From the NCBI GenBank assembly GCA_000175855.1, contig ACYB01000031.1:90001-122000 (forward strand): a stretch of DNA of 32,000 bases, written 5' to 3'. This stretch comes from Raphidiopsis brookii D9 (GTDB taxonomy: Bacteria; Cyanobacteriota; Cyanobacteriia; Cyanobacteriales; Nostocaceae). Shown here in pieces: positions 1 through 9,593 of this stretch (position 1 is the stretch's first letter; each line of letters opens with the position of its first letter). A program made the position numbers and the translations under genes. The notes beneath the pieces were generated by a model. It was not told the origin of the DNA. It ran no database searches and worked only from the letters and a program-made list of their open reading frames with translations.

Positions 1-1
1 C

Positions 2-1335
<1,334 letters not shown>

Positions 1336-1493
1336 AATTCAATACTTAACTGGTTGAGCTGTTATGATTTAATTGTATTGCGATCGCACCCCAGTGTAAC
1401 GGAAGATATGCCAAAAATATACCAAGATCTCATACCCATTCGACTTTGTCAAATAGGAAGCGATTTACCACTCTTATTCCTCCCTTTGCTGTA

Positions 1494-2423
1494 ATGACAC
1501 ATCAAACCTCTGGTCACTGGCGTTTAGGACTAACCTTGTCTTTACTCACGGCATTTTTATGGGGAGTTTTACCAGTCGCTTTAAAAATGACTCTCCAGGT
1601 ATTAGATATATATACTATTGTCTGGTTTCGGTTCTCTTTAGCATTTGTACTTTTAGGAGCTTATTTGTTCACCCAAAAGAAGCTACCAACGCAACAACAA
1701 ATATTTTCTGCGCCTATCAAATTGTTAATTATTACCACTATTTTCCTGTGTAGTAATTATATACTATTCATGCAAGGTATAGCCTTAACCACTGCTAACA
1801 ATACAGAAGTTCTAATTCAACTCGCAGGCGTTTTATTCGGACTTGGAGGTTTGGTGGTTTTTAAAGAACGTTATACCCTATGGCAATGGTTGGGTATTAG
1901 TATCTTAACTTTCGGTTTTTTGTTATTTTTTAAATCCCAAATTAGCAATCTAATTACCAGTCAGGGACAATACCTCTTAGGTAGTGGGTTAGTAATATTA
2001 GGTGCCATTTCTTGGGCTATTTATGCTTTGGCACAAAAGGAATTATTACAATCTCTATCATCTTCCCATATTATGCTCATAGTTTATGGTGGATGTGCTT
2101 TATTATTGACTCCTTTTGCCAAGATTACCACTGTCTTCACTCTTGATATTGCATCTTTATCAGTGCTAATTTTTTGTGGACTAAATACCCTAATTGCTTA
2201 TGGTGCTTTTGCGGAGTCTTTAGAACATTGCCCAGCATCCATAGTCAGTGCAATTTTAGCCCTAGCTCCCATTTTTACCCTAATATCAGTAGACTTAGCA
2301 GCAACTATTCTCCCTCAAATCTTTACCCCCGAATATATTAACCTGAGAGGGATTATTGGTGCTTTACTAGTTGTGGTTGGTTCAGCAACCACTGCTTTGG
2401 GTAAAAATAAATGTGTCCGGTAA
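1494..2423 (+). CDS. EamA/DMT-superfamily permease
   Basis: About 10 predicted TM helices in two halves, as in EamA repeats. The ORF opens with TTG at 1446; the first ATG at 1494 (MTHQTSGHWRLG...) lies just before TM1 and is my preferred start. Confidence 0.7.
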   Translation: MTHQTSGHWRLGLTLSLLTAFLWGVLPVALKMTLQVLDIYTIVWFRFSLAFVLLGAYLFTQKKLPTQQQIFSAPIKLLIITTIFLCSNYILFMQGIALTTANNTEVLIQLAGVLFGLGGLVVFKERYTLWQWLGISILTFGFLLFFKSQISNLITSQGQYLLGSGLVILGAISWAIYALAQKELLQSLSSSHIMLIVYGGCALLLTPFAKITTVFTLDIASLSVLIFCGLNTLIAYGAFAESLEHCPASIVSAILALAPIFTLISVDLAATILPQIFTPEYINLRGIIGALLVVVGSATTALGKNKCVR

Positions 2424-2619
2424 TCAGCCGTTAGATACAAATAGTGCAGCTTTAGTGGTAAATACCTCATTATCCAGCTCAGTTTCCGGTACTTACTTGG
2501 TGATAAATGATGGTATTGCTGGGTTTCAACATCAACAAGACCTATTAATTAATATTACGGGATACAGTGGTACATTGCCAGGTGTTGGTACTATTCCCGT
2601 TACTAGCTTTTTTGTGTAA
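2422..2619 (+). pseudogene. 3' remnant of a secreted repeat-protein gene (C-terminal 'bluetail'-like domain), no usable start
   Basis: The frame reads NQPLDTNSAALVVNTSLSSSVSGTYLVINDGIAGFQHQQDLLINITGYSGTLPGVGTIPVTSFFV*. This resembles the conserved C-terminal tail of large cyanobacterial Ca-binding/RTX-like proteins. The only start in frame (2371) lies inside the EamA gene, so this is a fragment. Confidence 0.45.
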
Positions 2620-2623
2620 TAGT

Positions 2624-2892
2624 TTAGATCAAGAGAGACCACCCGTACCTTGGTTGAGATGGTAGGATAATCGGGGAAATTTGCTGTTGACGGGTAGCGA
2701 TCGTGCTGAATAGAATAGGAGTGTCAAAAAAGAGAGCTGGCGGAGCCTATAGCTATTTAAGAAAGCGCAGAAAAAGAACAGAAACGTCAGCAAAACGAGA
2801 TAGCAGAAGCCCTAGCTATTCAAGAACGTGGGAAAAAGGAAAAATTAGCTGCTTACTTGCACTCTCTTGGTATAAACCCAGACGAGATTTAA
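2624..2892 (+). pseudogene. Decayed 3' fragment of an Uma2-family gene (paralogous to 4039-4407)
   Basis: It aligns by eye with 4039-4407 and continues about 55 nt past the stop (2893-2946 vs 4408-4460). It carries in-frame stops (tgg TAG gat where the intact copy has tgg tgg gat; gaa TAG aat) and only one copy of the ~108-nt repeat unit. It ends with the same ...LGINPDEI* codons. Confidence 0.8.
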
Positions 2893-3411
2893 ATCATTAG
2901 TCTTTATCACGAGAGTTTTTAACAAGTGTTCACCCTTTCCAACCATATTCTAAAATGCGTTTGCAAAGCACTCGCTACGTGCGATTGCCCATTAACCCCT
3001 ATTAAATTTAATACGTTCTGTACTATAGTTTTTTCTTTCTCCTCTAGGATTTACTCCATCCATTACAGCATAAGCAGCTCCAACTCTTAATAAACCGACT
3101 AAAAAGAATTAGCCCCCTTTTTTAAGCAGGGCGTTTTCATTCTCCAAAATTGCGATCGCCTTTCTTAACTACCCAAAGGGGGTAACCTCACTTAAACAAA
3201 TCCGTAAAATACAGTATCAAAAGTATTTCCAGAATTAAGTATTGCATATTGCCGAGTTTTATGTTAAGAGTTAGAATATCCGCTGGTACAATATAACTAC
3301 ATAGGAACAACACCACGCTAATGCGACCATCCCCAAACCAAGGAAAATTCAATAGTCTAGAATTAATTAACCCAATAAAACTAGAACCTATCCTATTACC
3401 CCGCATTAACC

Positions 3412-4407
3412 ATGCAAGTAACCACCACCTCAACTCCCATCCCACCAGGAGAGCTATCACCCTCCAACTGGCCGGATCATACCCAGCTCCCTGATTCTGA
3501 TGATAACTTTGTGAAAAACTTTCAAGAACATCCACAAAGTGTAATCCTGACCACATCTATTGAACCCCTATTAGACAAAATCCATCCAGACAAGGATTAT
3601 TGTATAGGACAAGATAGTGGCATCTATTGGCGGTTTACAGAGCCAGTGGAAAAAGGAGTAGAAGCACCGGACTGGTTTTATGTACGTGGAGTGCCATCCA
3701 GACTGGAAGGGAAATTGAGGCGTTCCTACGTGATGTGGAAAGAAAAAGTGCCTCCCCTGATAGTGATAGAATTTGTATCGGGAGATGGGGAAGAGGAAAA
3801 AGATAATTCACCGCCACCGGAAGGGAATGAAGTAGACCCAAAAACAAAAAAGGTAAAGAAAGCGGGGAAGTTTTGGGTTTATGAACAGGCGGTAAAGATA
3901 CCCTATTATGCCATATTCAATGGATTTGAGGGAACATTAGAGATGTATCACCTAGAAAAAGGAAGATACAAACAGGTGAAGGCAAATAGAAGAAACCACT
4001 ATCCAATACCAGAGTTAGGGGTAGAGCTGGGAATATTATTAGACCAGGAGAGACCACCCATACCCTGGTTGAGATGGTGGGATAATCGGGGAAATTTGCT
4101 GTTGACGGGGAATGAGCGTGCTGAACAGGAGTGTCAGAGAAGAGAGCTGGCAGAGGCTATAGCTATTCAAGAGCGTTTTGAAAAAGAACAGGAGCGTCAG
4201 CAAAAGGAGCTGGCAGAATCTCTAGCTATTCAAGAACGTGAGAAAAAGGAAATGGCAGAAGCCCTAGCTATTCAAGAACGTACTGAAAAAGAACAGGAAC
4301 GTCAGCAAAAGGAGCTGGCAGAAGCCCTGGCTATTCAAGAGCGTGAGAAGAAGGAAAAATTAGCTGCTTACTTGCGATCTCTTGGTATAAACCCAGATGA
4401 GATTTAA
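3412..4407 (+). CDS. Uma2 family (DUF820) putative endonuclease with a C-terminal repetitive coiled-coil tail
   Basis: 331 aa. Motifs: HPQSVILT, PDWFYVRGVP, PPLIVIEFVSGD, KFWVYEQAVKIPYYAIF (Uma2/PD-(D/E)XK layout). The tail has 4 copies of (E)LAEALAIQER and ends in LAAYLRSLGINPDEI. Confidence 0.8.
   Translation: MQVTTTSTPIPPGELSPSNWPDHTQLPDSDDNFVKNFQEHPQSVILTTSIEPLLDKIHPDKDYCIGQDSGIYWRFTEPVEKGVEAPDWFYVRGVPSRLEGKLRRSYVMWKEKVPPLIVIEFVSGDGEEEKDNSPPPEGNEVDPKTKKVKKAGKFWVYEQAVKIPYYAIFNGFEGTLEMYHLEKGRYKQVKANRRNHYPIPELGVELGILLDQERPPIPWLRWWDNRGNLLLTGNERAEQECQRRELAEAIAIQERFEKEQERQQKELAESLAIQEREKKEMAEALAIQERTEKEQERQQKELAEALAIQEREKKEKLAAYLRSLGINPDEI
4144..4359 (+). repeat. Intragenic tandem repeat, about 105-108 nt x2 (four AIQER sub-repeats)
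   Basis: Unit boundaries read from the sequence are 4144-4206, 4207-4251, 4252-4311 and 4312-4359. They encode ELAEAIAIQERFEKEQERQQK / ELAESLAIQEREKKE / MAEALAIQERTEKEQERQQK / ELAEALAIQEREKKEK. Confidence 0.85.
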
Positions 4408-4495
4408 ATCATTAGTCTTTATCACCAGGGTTTTTAATAAGTGTTCACCCTTCCTAACCACCTTCAAAATTTCCCTTGAGAAGATTTAAGGAAGC

Positions 4496-4525
4496 GCGAG
4501 ATCCCATAGGGGATCGCCCTTTTTA
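4496..4525 (+). terminator. Probable rho-independent terminator downstream of the Uma2 gene
   Basis: GCgaGATCCC-atag-GGGATCGC stem (8 bp with a 2-nt bulge), followed by CCTTTTT. Confidence 0.55.
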
Positions 4526-4666
4526 AAAATTCACACGCACCCTAATCAATACAAAATTACCAAGATCTTTATCACAAAACCAGTGGGCGGGTTGGTTTCT
4601 ACCCAACAAATCACACCATAACATAATTTATGTGTTATACTGTAAACACTTCCACTTTAAAATAAA

Positions 4667-4945
4667 GTGTATGTAGAACAACGGACTACTCGTTCCTGGG
4701 ATATTTCTATTTCTAATACAGTTCGTCAAATTAATCGCACTAATAAACGACGAAAGGTAAACGCCTACTATTTAAGTGGTTCTGAATTAAAAGCAGCTCT
4801 TGCAGATGCTTATTATTCCGCACTAGATGGCGCTTCCTTGGAAGCTTTTGAAGGTCGCTATTCTAGTGAGGAATTAGCTGAAAGAATTGATTATAGTCGT
4901 CTAATGAAAGATGCTTGGGATTTGATTTCAAAACAACAAAATTAG
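4667..4945 (+). CDS. Hypothetical protein (92 aa, GTG start, no obvious SD)
   Basis: Open frame with AT-rich third positions typical of this genome. A TATACT -10-like box at 4636-4641 sits inside an ATAACA-N9-TGTTAT inverted repeat. No family recognised. Confidence 0.35.
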   Translation: MYVEQRTTRSWDISISNTVRQINRTNKRRKVNAYYLSGSELKAALADAYYSALDGASLEAFEGRYSSEELAERIDYSRLMKDAWDLISKQQN

Positions 4946-5180
4946 CCGAATGAGGAATCAACTCCTGTTTAGAAGTGAAACATAGCATTTCATTTGTTCA
5001 AGTCTAGAACGTTCCAGTGGGATGTTGCCTAGCACGGGAATATTTTGTTGAGAACAATAAAAAATAGCTGAAAGTCTTGTCAGGTAGTCAATATAGGGGT
5101 TCACGAAAAATTCACAAATCGCCCATATTCCCTTAACTAGGTCTATTATATATCAGTAGGGTCTTTTTGTGCAGGAGTAT

Positions 5181-6749
5181 ATGAGACAAGTTGATGATTT
5201 ATTTAACCTTAATCTGATTGTTGGCGTAACTTGGCTGTTGTTCACATTACAGCCAAGTATGGCTCAAACTTCTCCCCAAAAACCATTAGCTCCACCTGTG
5301 GGCAGTATTAGTGTATCTAATATTGATATACTTCCCAATGTTATTGATTTGAGCACTAAAGAGTCAATAACTAGATTATTGTTACGGGATGCGCCCGTTA
5401 CTGAAGTTTTGTCTCTGTTAGCTCGTGTTGCTGGTTTAAATCTTATTTACTTTGAACAAGAAGAAGTTAACTCTGGTCAAGAAAAGTCACAACAACAGGT
5501 GATTAATAACAATACTAATAATAAAATTAGGACTATTAGTAAAATTTCCCTAGATATTAAAAATGAATCTGTACAAAAAGTATTTAACTATGTCTTACAA
5601 GTTAGTGGATTAGAAGCTAGACGGGTGGACAGAACAATTCTGGTGGGGGCCAAATTACCTAATACCAGTGTTAATAGAATAGTCAGGACCTTACGACTGA
5701 ATCAGGTAACTGTAGGTATAGGTTTAGACTTTTTGGTAGCTCTGGGTGCGGAAACTGAGGTCAGTCGTGAAAGACCAATAACTACAGTTAATACCATACC
5801 CATTGCAGGTGGAGTTGCACCGGTGACTCAATCTCAGACAACTACTGAAACTAAAATGGAGGCCAAACGGGTTGATTATCAAGACTCCACACCTTTACTG
5901 AGGGGATTACAAATTGTGGGAGATGAACGAACAAATTCGATTACTTTGATTGGCAATCCCCAATTAGTTGATATAGCAACTTCAAAACTGACCAACCTAG
6001 ATATTCGTCGTCGTCAGGTGAAGGTGAATCTGAAAATTATTGATGTTAATCTCTGGGGAATTGAAAACTATAACTCCAGTTTTTCTTTTGGGATTGGTGA
6101 TAATTTCTTGTCTAATGACCAGGGTATAGCTACCTTCAATTTTGGCAACCAAAGACCATTCACCGGTTCGGGATCAGTACCAACTTCCCTAGTGGGATTA
6201 CCCAATCGGTTTTTAGCTTTTTTACAAGCTCAGGTAACAAATGGTAATGCTAAGATCTTGACAGATCCTAGTTTAATTGTTCAAGAAGGACAAAATGCAA
6301 ATGTTAAACTAACTCAACAGGTTATTGGACAAGAGAAGATCACCAGAATTGACACACCTGGTAATTCTAGGGAGGAACGGATCATCGAGAAAGAAGAGGT
6401 TGGTTTAACCGTAAATGTGAGGGTTGAGCGGATTGATGATAATGGTTTTATTTCCCTATCGGTTGCTCCTGTAGTTAAATCTCCAGTTAATTCAGAATCA
6501 ACGGGTGCAGGAAAAGTTACCCTAATTGCTGAACGCTCTCTTAACTCGGGACTAATTCGTCTCCGGGATGGTCAAACCCTTCTCCTGTCTGGTATTATCC
6601 AAGACCAAGACCGGTCAGTGGTAACTAAGGTCCCCCTTTTGTCTGATATTCCCCTGCTGGGTGCATTATTTAGAAGCACAAAGAAAGACCGTGAGCGTAG
6701 AGAAGTGATTGTACTACTTACACCCAGAATAATTGAGGAGCAGTCATGA
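5181..6749 (+). CDS. Secretin family outer-membrane channel (PilQ/GspD-like)
   Basis: There is an AGGAG sequence 5 nt upstream of ATG 5181. Signal peptide ...LFTLQPSMA/Q. N0/STN-like segment ITRLLLRDAPVTEVLSLLARVAGLNLIY. N1-like segment GLQIVGDERTNSITLIGNPQLVDIATSKLTNLDIRRRQVKVNLKIIDVNL. Secretin core KILTDPSLIVQEGQNANV...GLTVNVRVERIDDNGFISL...LRDGQTLLLSGIIQD...KVPLLSDIPLLGALFRS...EVIVLLTPRII. Confidence 0.85.
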   Translation: MRQVDDLFNLNLIVGVTWLLFTLQPSMAQTSPQKPLAPPVGSISVSNIDILPNVIDLSTKESITRLLLRDAPVTEVLSLLARVAGLNLIYFEQEEVNSGQEKSQQQVINNNTNNKIRTISKISLDIKNESVQKVFNYVLQVSGLEARRVDRTILVGAKLPNTSVNRIVRTLRLNQVTVGIGLDFLVALGAETEVSRERPITTVNTIPIAGGVAPVTQSQTTTETKMEAKRVDYQDSTPLLRGLQIVGDERTNSITLIGNPQLVDIATSKLTNLDIRRRQVKVNLKIIDVNLWGIENYNSSFSFGIGDNFLSNDQGIATFNFGNQRPFTGSGSVPTSLVGLPNRFLAFLQAQVTNGNAKILTDPSLIVQEGQNANVKLTQQVIGQEKITRIDTPGNSREERIIEKEEVGLTVNVRVERIDDNGFISLSVAPVVKSPVNSESTGAGKVTLIAERSLNSGLIRLRDGQTLLLSGIIQDQDRSVVTKVPLLSDIPLLGALFRSTKKDRERREVIVLLTPRIIEEQS

Positions 6750-6777
6750 ACAATCACAAAAGACCAGCTCTACAATT

Positions 6778-7560
6778 CTAAGGTGAGGTTGATGGCTTAA
6801 TGTTTTTAGCTTTGTAAAAGGTTTCTAAACTATCCCTATCTCCTACAAAGCGCCAATGCCATGGTTCATAACTTACACCTTGAAGATTATCCCGAGGAAA
6901 GGATAATTCAAAGCCGAAACGAGCGGCATTAGATTGTAACCATGCAAATGCTTTTGTATTTTCAAATGTGGGACTAAGATTGGTTCCTGGTACTGCTCCA
7001 TCACCAATATCCACAGCATAACCAGTATGGTGTTCACTATAACCCGGAGGGGCACTAAGTGCTGCTCTTTCTGCTGGAGTTTGATTGCGTTGGGCACCTA
7101 CTTTGAAGAACAATTGTTCTTGTTCTTGGATAGAACGAAAACCAGAAATAGGGACTAGGATTACGCCCATGGTCCCAGCTGATTGTACCATGGTTTGAAA
7201 TTTCTGGGCAGCACTCCGCCGCATTTTAATTTTTCCATCAGCATTGATAGGAATTAGCTCTTCTAATGATGCTTCGTTATAGGCTAAATGTCCCAATACC
7301 GCATTGTTATTTGATGGATTTGATGGGATGGATGTAATAGGTGTTGATTGAGTATCAGTGTTTTTTTTGGGTGCAGTAATAAAGAATAAGAAACCACTAC
7401 CCACAGCCATGATAGCAAATCCTAAAACTCCACCAACTATTAAAATCAGAGGTTGGACACCCGTGGAAGAGCTCTTTTCCGGAGTATCCCGTAAAGCGGC
7501 CGGAATATCATCATTTGACAATGAGTTTTCGGGATTTCCCGGAAGTCCACCATTTTTCAA
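6778..7560 (-). CDS. VanY-type D-alanyl-D-alanine carboxypeptidase (peptidase M15B), membrane anchored
   Basis: Motifs: SGFRSIQEQEQLF, PGYSEHHTGYAVDIGD, FGFELSFP...EPWHWRFVG (Zn ligands H-D-H). One N-terminal TM (LILIVGGVLGFAIMAVGSGFLFFI). The start at 7558-7560 is TTG. Confidence 0.8.
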   Translation of the reverse strand: MKNGGLPGNPENSLSNDDIPAALRDTPEKSSSTGVQPLILIVGGVLGFAIMAVGSGFLFFITAPKKNTDTQSTPITSIPSNPSNNNAVLGHLAYNEASLEELIPINADGKIKMRRSAAQKFQTMVQSAGTMGVILVPISGFRSIQEQEQLFFKVGAQRNQTPAERAALSAPPGYSEHHTGYAVDIGDGAVPGTNLSPTFENTKAFAWLQSNAARFGFELSFPRDNLQGVSYEPWHWRFVGDRDSLETFYKAKNIKPSTSP

Positions 7561-7646
7561 GTTTCTACTCCTGTTTGACCAAAATAATGGGATAAGAGCA
7601 CTTCTAGCAAGGCTTTTCCTGGTTTATAGTATATAGCCCACCAATT

Positions 7647-8030
7647 TTAGGTTCTAATCACAACTGTGGAAATTCCAATAATTTCACCATCTTTTGTACC
7701 TAGTATATAAGCATGAACCTCTCTATTACCAATTTCATACACTTTTGCCTCATCCAAATTGCTCTTCAAAACAAGTACAAGGCTTTCAAATCTCTTGGCT
7801 ATATTTTGCTCTTCCTTTTCATACCAATCTTCCTGTTTTGTGACGCCCCGAAAAAAATCATCAACGGTCACGGTTCTGACATTACCTATAATACCAGTTT
7901 TTTCTTGAATTGTAGTTTCATTGAGATTAAAAAATTCCCAATGGACTACATTAAAAGGATATTCAGATTCACTGGGCATGAACAAGCCCTCTGTGGTTTG
8001 TTTTAGTAGGTCAATTACTGATTTGCTCAT
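7647..8030 (-). CDS. Nuclease A inhibitor (NuiA)-like protein
   Basis: MSKSVIDLLKQTTEGLFMPSESEYPFNVVHWE...DDFFRGVTKQEDWYEKEEQNIAKRFESLVLVLKSNL...YILGTKDGEIIGISTVVIRT matches, from memory, the Anabaena NuiA pattern (SESEYPF, DWYE-EE, GISTxVVxT). I moved the start to ATG 8028-8030 because the longer ORF runs to 8069, within a few nt of the tRNA 3' end at 8077. Confidence 0.6.
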   Translation of the reverse strand: MSKSVIDLLKQTTEGLFMPSESEYPFNVVHWEFFNLNETTIQEKTGIIGNVRTVTVDDFFRGVTKQEDWYEKEEQNIAKRFESLVLVLKSNLDEAKVYEIGNREVHAYILGTKDGEIIGISTVVIRT

Positions 8031-8076
8031 TTTTATTGATTGCTTGCCATTGGTCCACCATAACATCAAATAACGA

Positions 8077-8148
<72 letters not shown>

Positions 8149-8165
8149 GCACTGATAGTTACTTT

Positions 8166-8185
8166 TGATATTATCTATAGTATCA
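8166..8185. promoter_or_regulatory. Imperfect 20-bp palindrome, candidate operator/promoter of the BlaI-M56 operon
   Basis: TGATATTATC|TATAGTATCA (8 of 10 positions symmetric), 56 nt upstream of ATG 8241. It contains a TATAGT -10-like hexamer. Confidence 0.3.
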
Positions 8186-8240
8186 TATTCTTTTATGAAT
8201 TGCACCAGCTCCCCAAAAATTTTTTTTGGCAATTACTATT

Positions 8241-8660
8241 ATGGCTCCACTACCAGATTATCGTCCTAAACAATTATCTGTCGGACCTTTGGAAGCAGAA
8301 ATTCTGGGCATCGTTTGGGATCTAGGGTCGGCTACAGTTAAGGACGTACATGACCGGATCCTCAGTGACCCAGATCGTGAACTAGCTTATACTTCCGTCA
8401 CTACGGTTCTACGTCGTCTCACAGAAAAGGGTTGGTTGTCCTGTGATAAACAGGGAAAAGCATTCTATTGGCGACCACTGGTCACTAAAGAACAGGCGGA
8501 AATGATTAGGGCGCATGAACATTTACAACGGTTCTTAGCTGTGGGTAATCCTGATGTGGTGGCCGCCTTTGCTGACAGTTTAGACGAAGCGGCTAGTAAA
8601 CAAATTCAGGCGATCTCTCAAAGGATCCAGTCTGCACGCCAGAATAGAGGAGATAAATAA
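8241..8660 (+). CDS. BlaI/MecI/CopY family transcriptional repressor
   Basis: Winged-helix N-terminus: LSVGPLEAEILGIVWDLGSATVKDVHDRI...LAYTSVTTVLRRLTEKGWLSCDKQGKAFYWRPLVTKEQ. It ends 4 nt before the M56 gene. Confidence 0.85.
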   Translation: MAPLPDYRPKQLSVGPLEAEILGIVWDLGSATVKDVHDRILSDPDRELAYTSVTTVLRRLTEKGWLSCDKQGKAFYWRPLVTKEQAEMIRAHEHLQRFLAVGNPDVVAAFADSLDEAASKQIQAISQRIQSARQNRGDK

Positions 8661-8664
8661 GATT

Positions 8665-9561
8665 ATGCATCTACTAATGCTAATCACGGCTCTTACCATT
8701 GCCTACACCTTGCGATATTCTGCCCATATACCCAAAGGAAATTGGCATCTGAGGTGGAGCAGGACTTTATTTTTCTTTCTTTTCCCACCGTTGTTAATTT
8801 TAATGACCGTGATGTCCGTAGTCTGTATGGGAACCCAAGGTCAAATGGGGGGAATATATACAGATTATTTTAGCTATGTTTTAGGTTGGTTGTTTCTAGT
8901 ATTTTTAGTTTTTACAGCTTTAAGACTGGCTTGGCAAGGCTGGCGATCATTAAAGTCCGCCCGTGAATGTCCTACCATCAATCTCATAGGCCAATCAGCC
9001 AGACTGTTACCTACCCCTGCTCTATTTGCGGGACAAATTGGTTTTTGGTCTCCTGAACTGGTAGTGAGTCAGGGACTATTAAAACATCTTTCTCCGGAAC
9101 AATTAGAGAGTGTTCTAGCTCATGAACAGGGACATTATAGTTATAGAGACACTTTTTGTTTCTTTTGGCTGGGTTGGATCCGTTCCTGTAGTGCTTGCTT
9201 ACCTAACACAGAACCTTTATGGCAAGAGCTATTAATGTTGCGAGAACTGAGAGCTGATAGTTATGCTGCTGCTCGGGTAGACCCCCTTGTACTGGCTGAG
9301 TCTCTACTATTGGTAGTAAGTAGTCAACCATTAGCATGGGATATATGTTGTGCAGCACTAAGCTCCTCTAAAGTTGATAGGTTGGAGCAGAGAATAGATG
9401 CTTTGTTAGCTTTCTCGGAACCAAATTGGCCAGAATGGGATTTAAAATCAAAATTACATTACTGGCGAGTTTTTGCCTTAGCTCTTTTACCTTTGGTAAC
9501 TGTTTTTTCCACAGTTAGAAGATTAGCTATTATGAACTCCATTGCTGTAGATGCGTACTAG
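8665..9561 (+). CDS. M56 family (BlaR1-like) membrane metalloprotease, no extracellular sensor domain
   Basis: HExxH-xxxxD motif LAHEQGHYSYRD. Multiple TM helices. Only 298 aa, so it lacks a penicillin-binding/transpeptidase-like sensor. Confidence 0.8.
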   Translation: MHLLMLITALTIAYTLRYSAHIPKGNWHLRWSRTLFFFLFPPLLILMTVMSVVCMGTQGQMGGIYTDYFSYVLGWLFLVFLVFTALRLAWQGWRSLKSARECPTINLIGQSARLLPTPALFAGQIGFWSPELVVSQGLLKHLSPEQLESVLAHEQGHYSYRDTFCFFWLGWIRSCSACLPNTEPLWQELLMLRELRADSYAAARVDPLVLAESLLLVVSSQPLAWDICCAALSSSKVDRLEQRIDALLAFSEPNWPEWDLKSKLHYWRVFALALLPLVTVFSTVRRLAIMNSIAVDAY

Positions 9562-9572
9562 GATACGCATCT
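9549..9572. terminator. Perfect 9-bp hairpin overlapping the M56 stop codon (convergent-gene terminator candidate)
   Basis: AGATGCGTA-ctagga-TACGCATCT. It lies between the convergent M56 and ftrV genes and has no strong U-tract. Confidence 0.4.
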
Positions 9573-9593
9573 TAGCTTGTGGAATAATGCCAA

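Noticed and set aside
1559-1753. A 64-aa plus-strand ORF inside the EamA gene, and similar nested or antisense ORFs at 3635-3847, 6572-6757, 6873-7097, 7358-7636, 7713-8006, 10094-10279, 10355-10579, 10884-11087, 11231-11491, 12041-12427, 12964-13218, 15721-16050, 19221-19475, 19542-19799, 20645-20884, 20842-21135, 21480-21677, 22287-22568, 22925-23146, 26563-26793, 27192-27389, 29876-30064, 31050-31346, 31115-31297 and 31382-31570.
   Set aside because: Each lies within or antisense to a longer ORF with clear family motifs. Their translations are low-complexity or unrecognisable. They are most simply shadow ORFs.
2371-2619. An 82-aa ORF starting at ATG 2371.
   Set aside because: Its first 17 codons overlap the EamA 3' end in another frame. 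Only the part after 2422 resembles a real protein domain. I treat it as a start-less gene remnant rather than a CDS.
2703-2900. A 65-aa ORF (MLNRIGVSKKRAGGAYSYLRKRRK...).
   Set aside because: It lies inside the decayed Uma2 3' copy and is out of frame with the ancestral reading. It is an artefact of pseudogene decay.
3113-3181. An 8-bp inverted repeat CCCCCTTT...AAAGGGGG enclosing a HIP1 site, possibly a MITE-like element.
   Set aside because: No second copy occurs in the window, no target-site duplication is evident, and the arms are short. The evidence is insufficient.
3188-3556. A 122-aa minus-strand ORF overlapping the Uma2 gene start.
   Set aside because: No recognisable motifs. It overlaps the well-supported Uma2 N-terminus, and its composition resembles antisense or intergenic translation.
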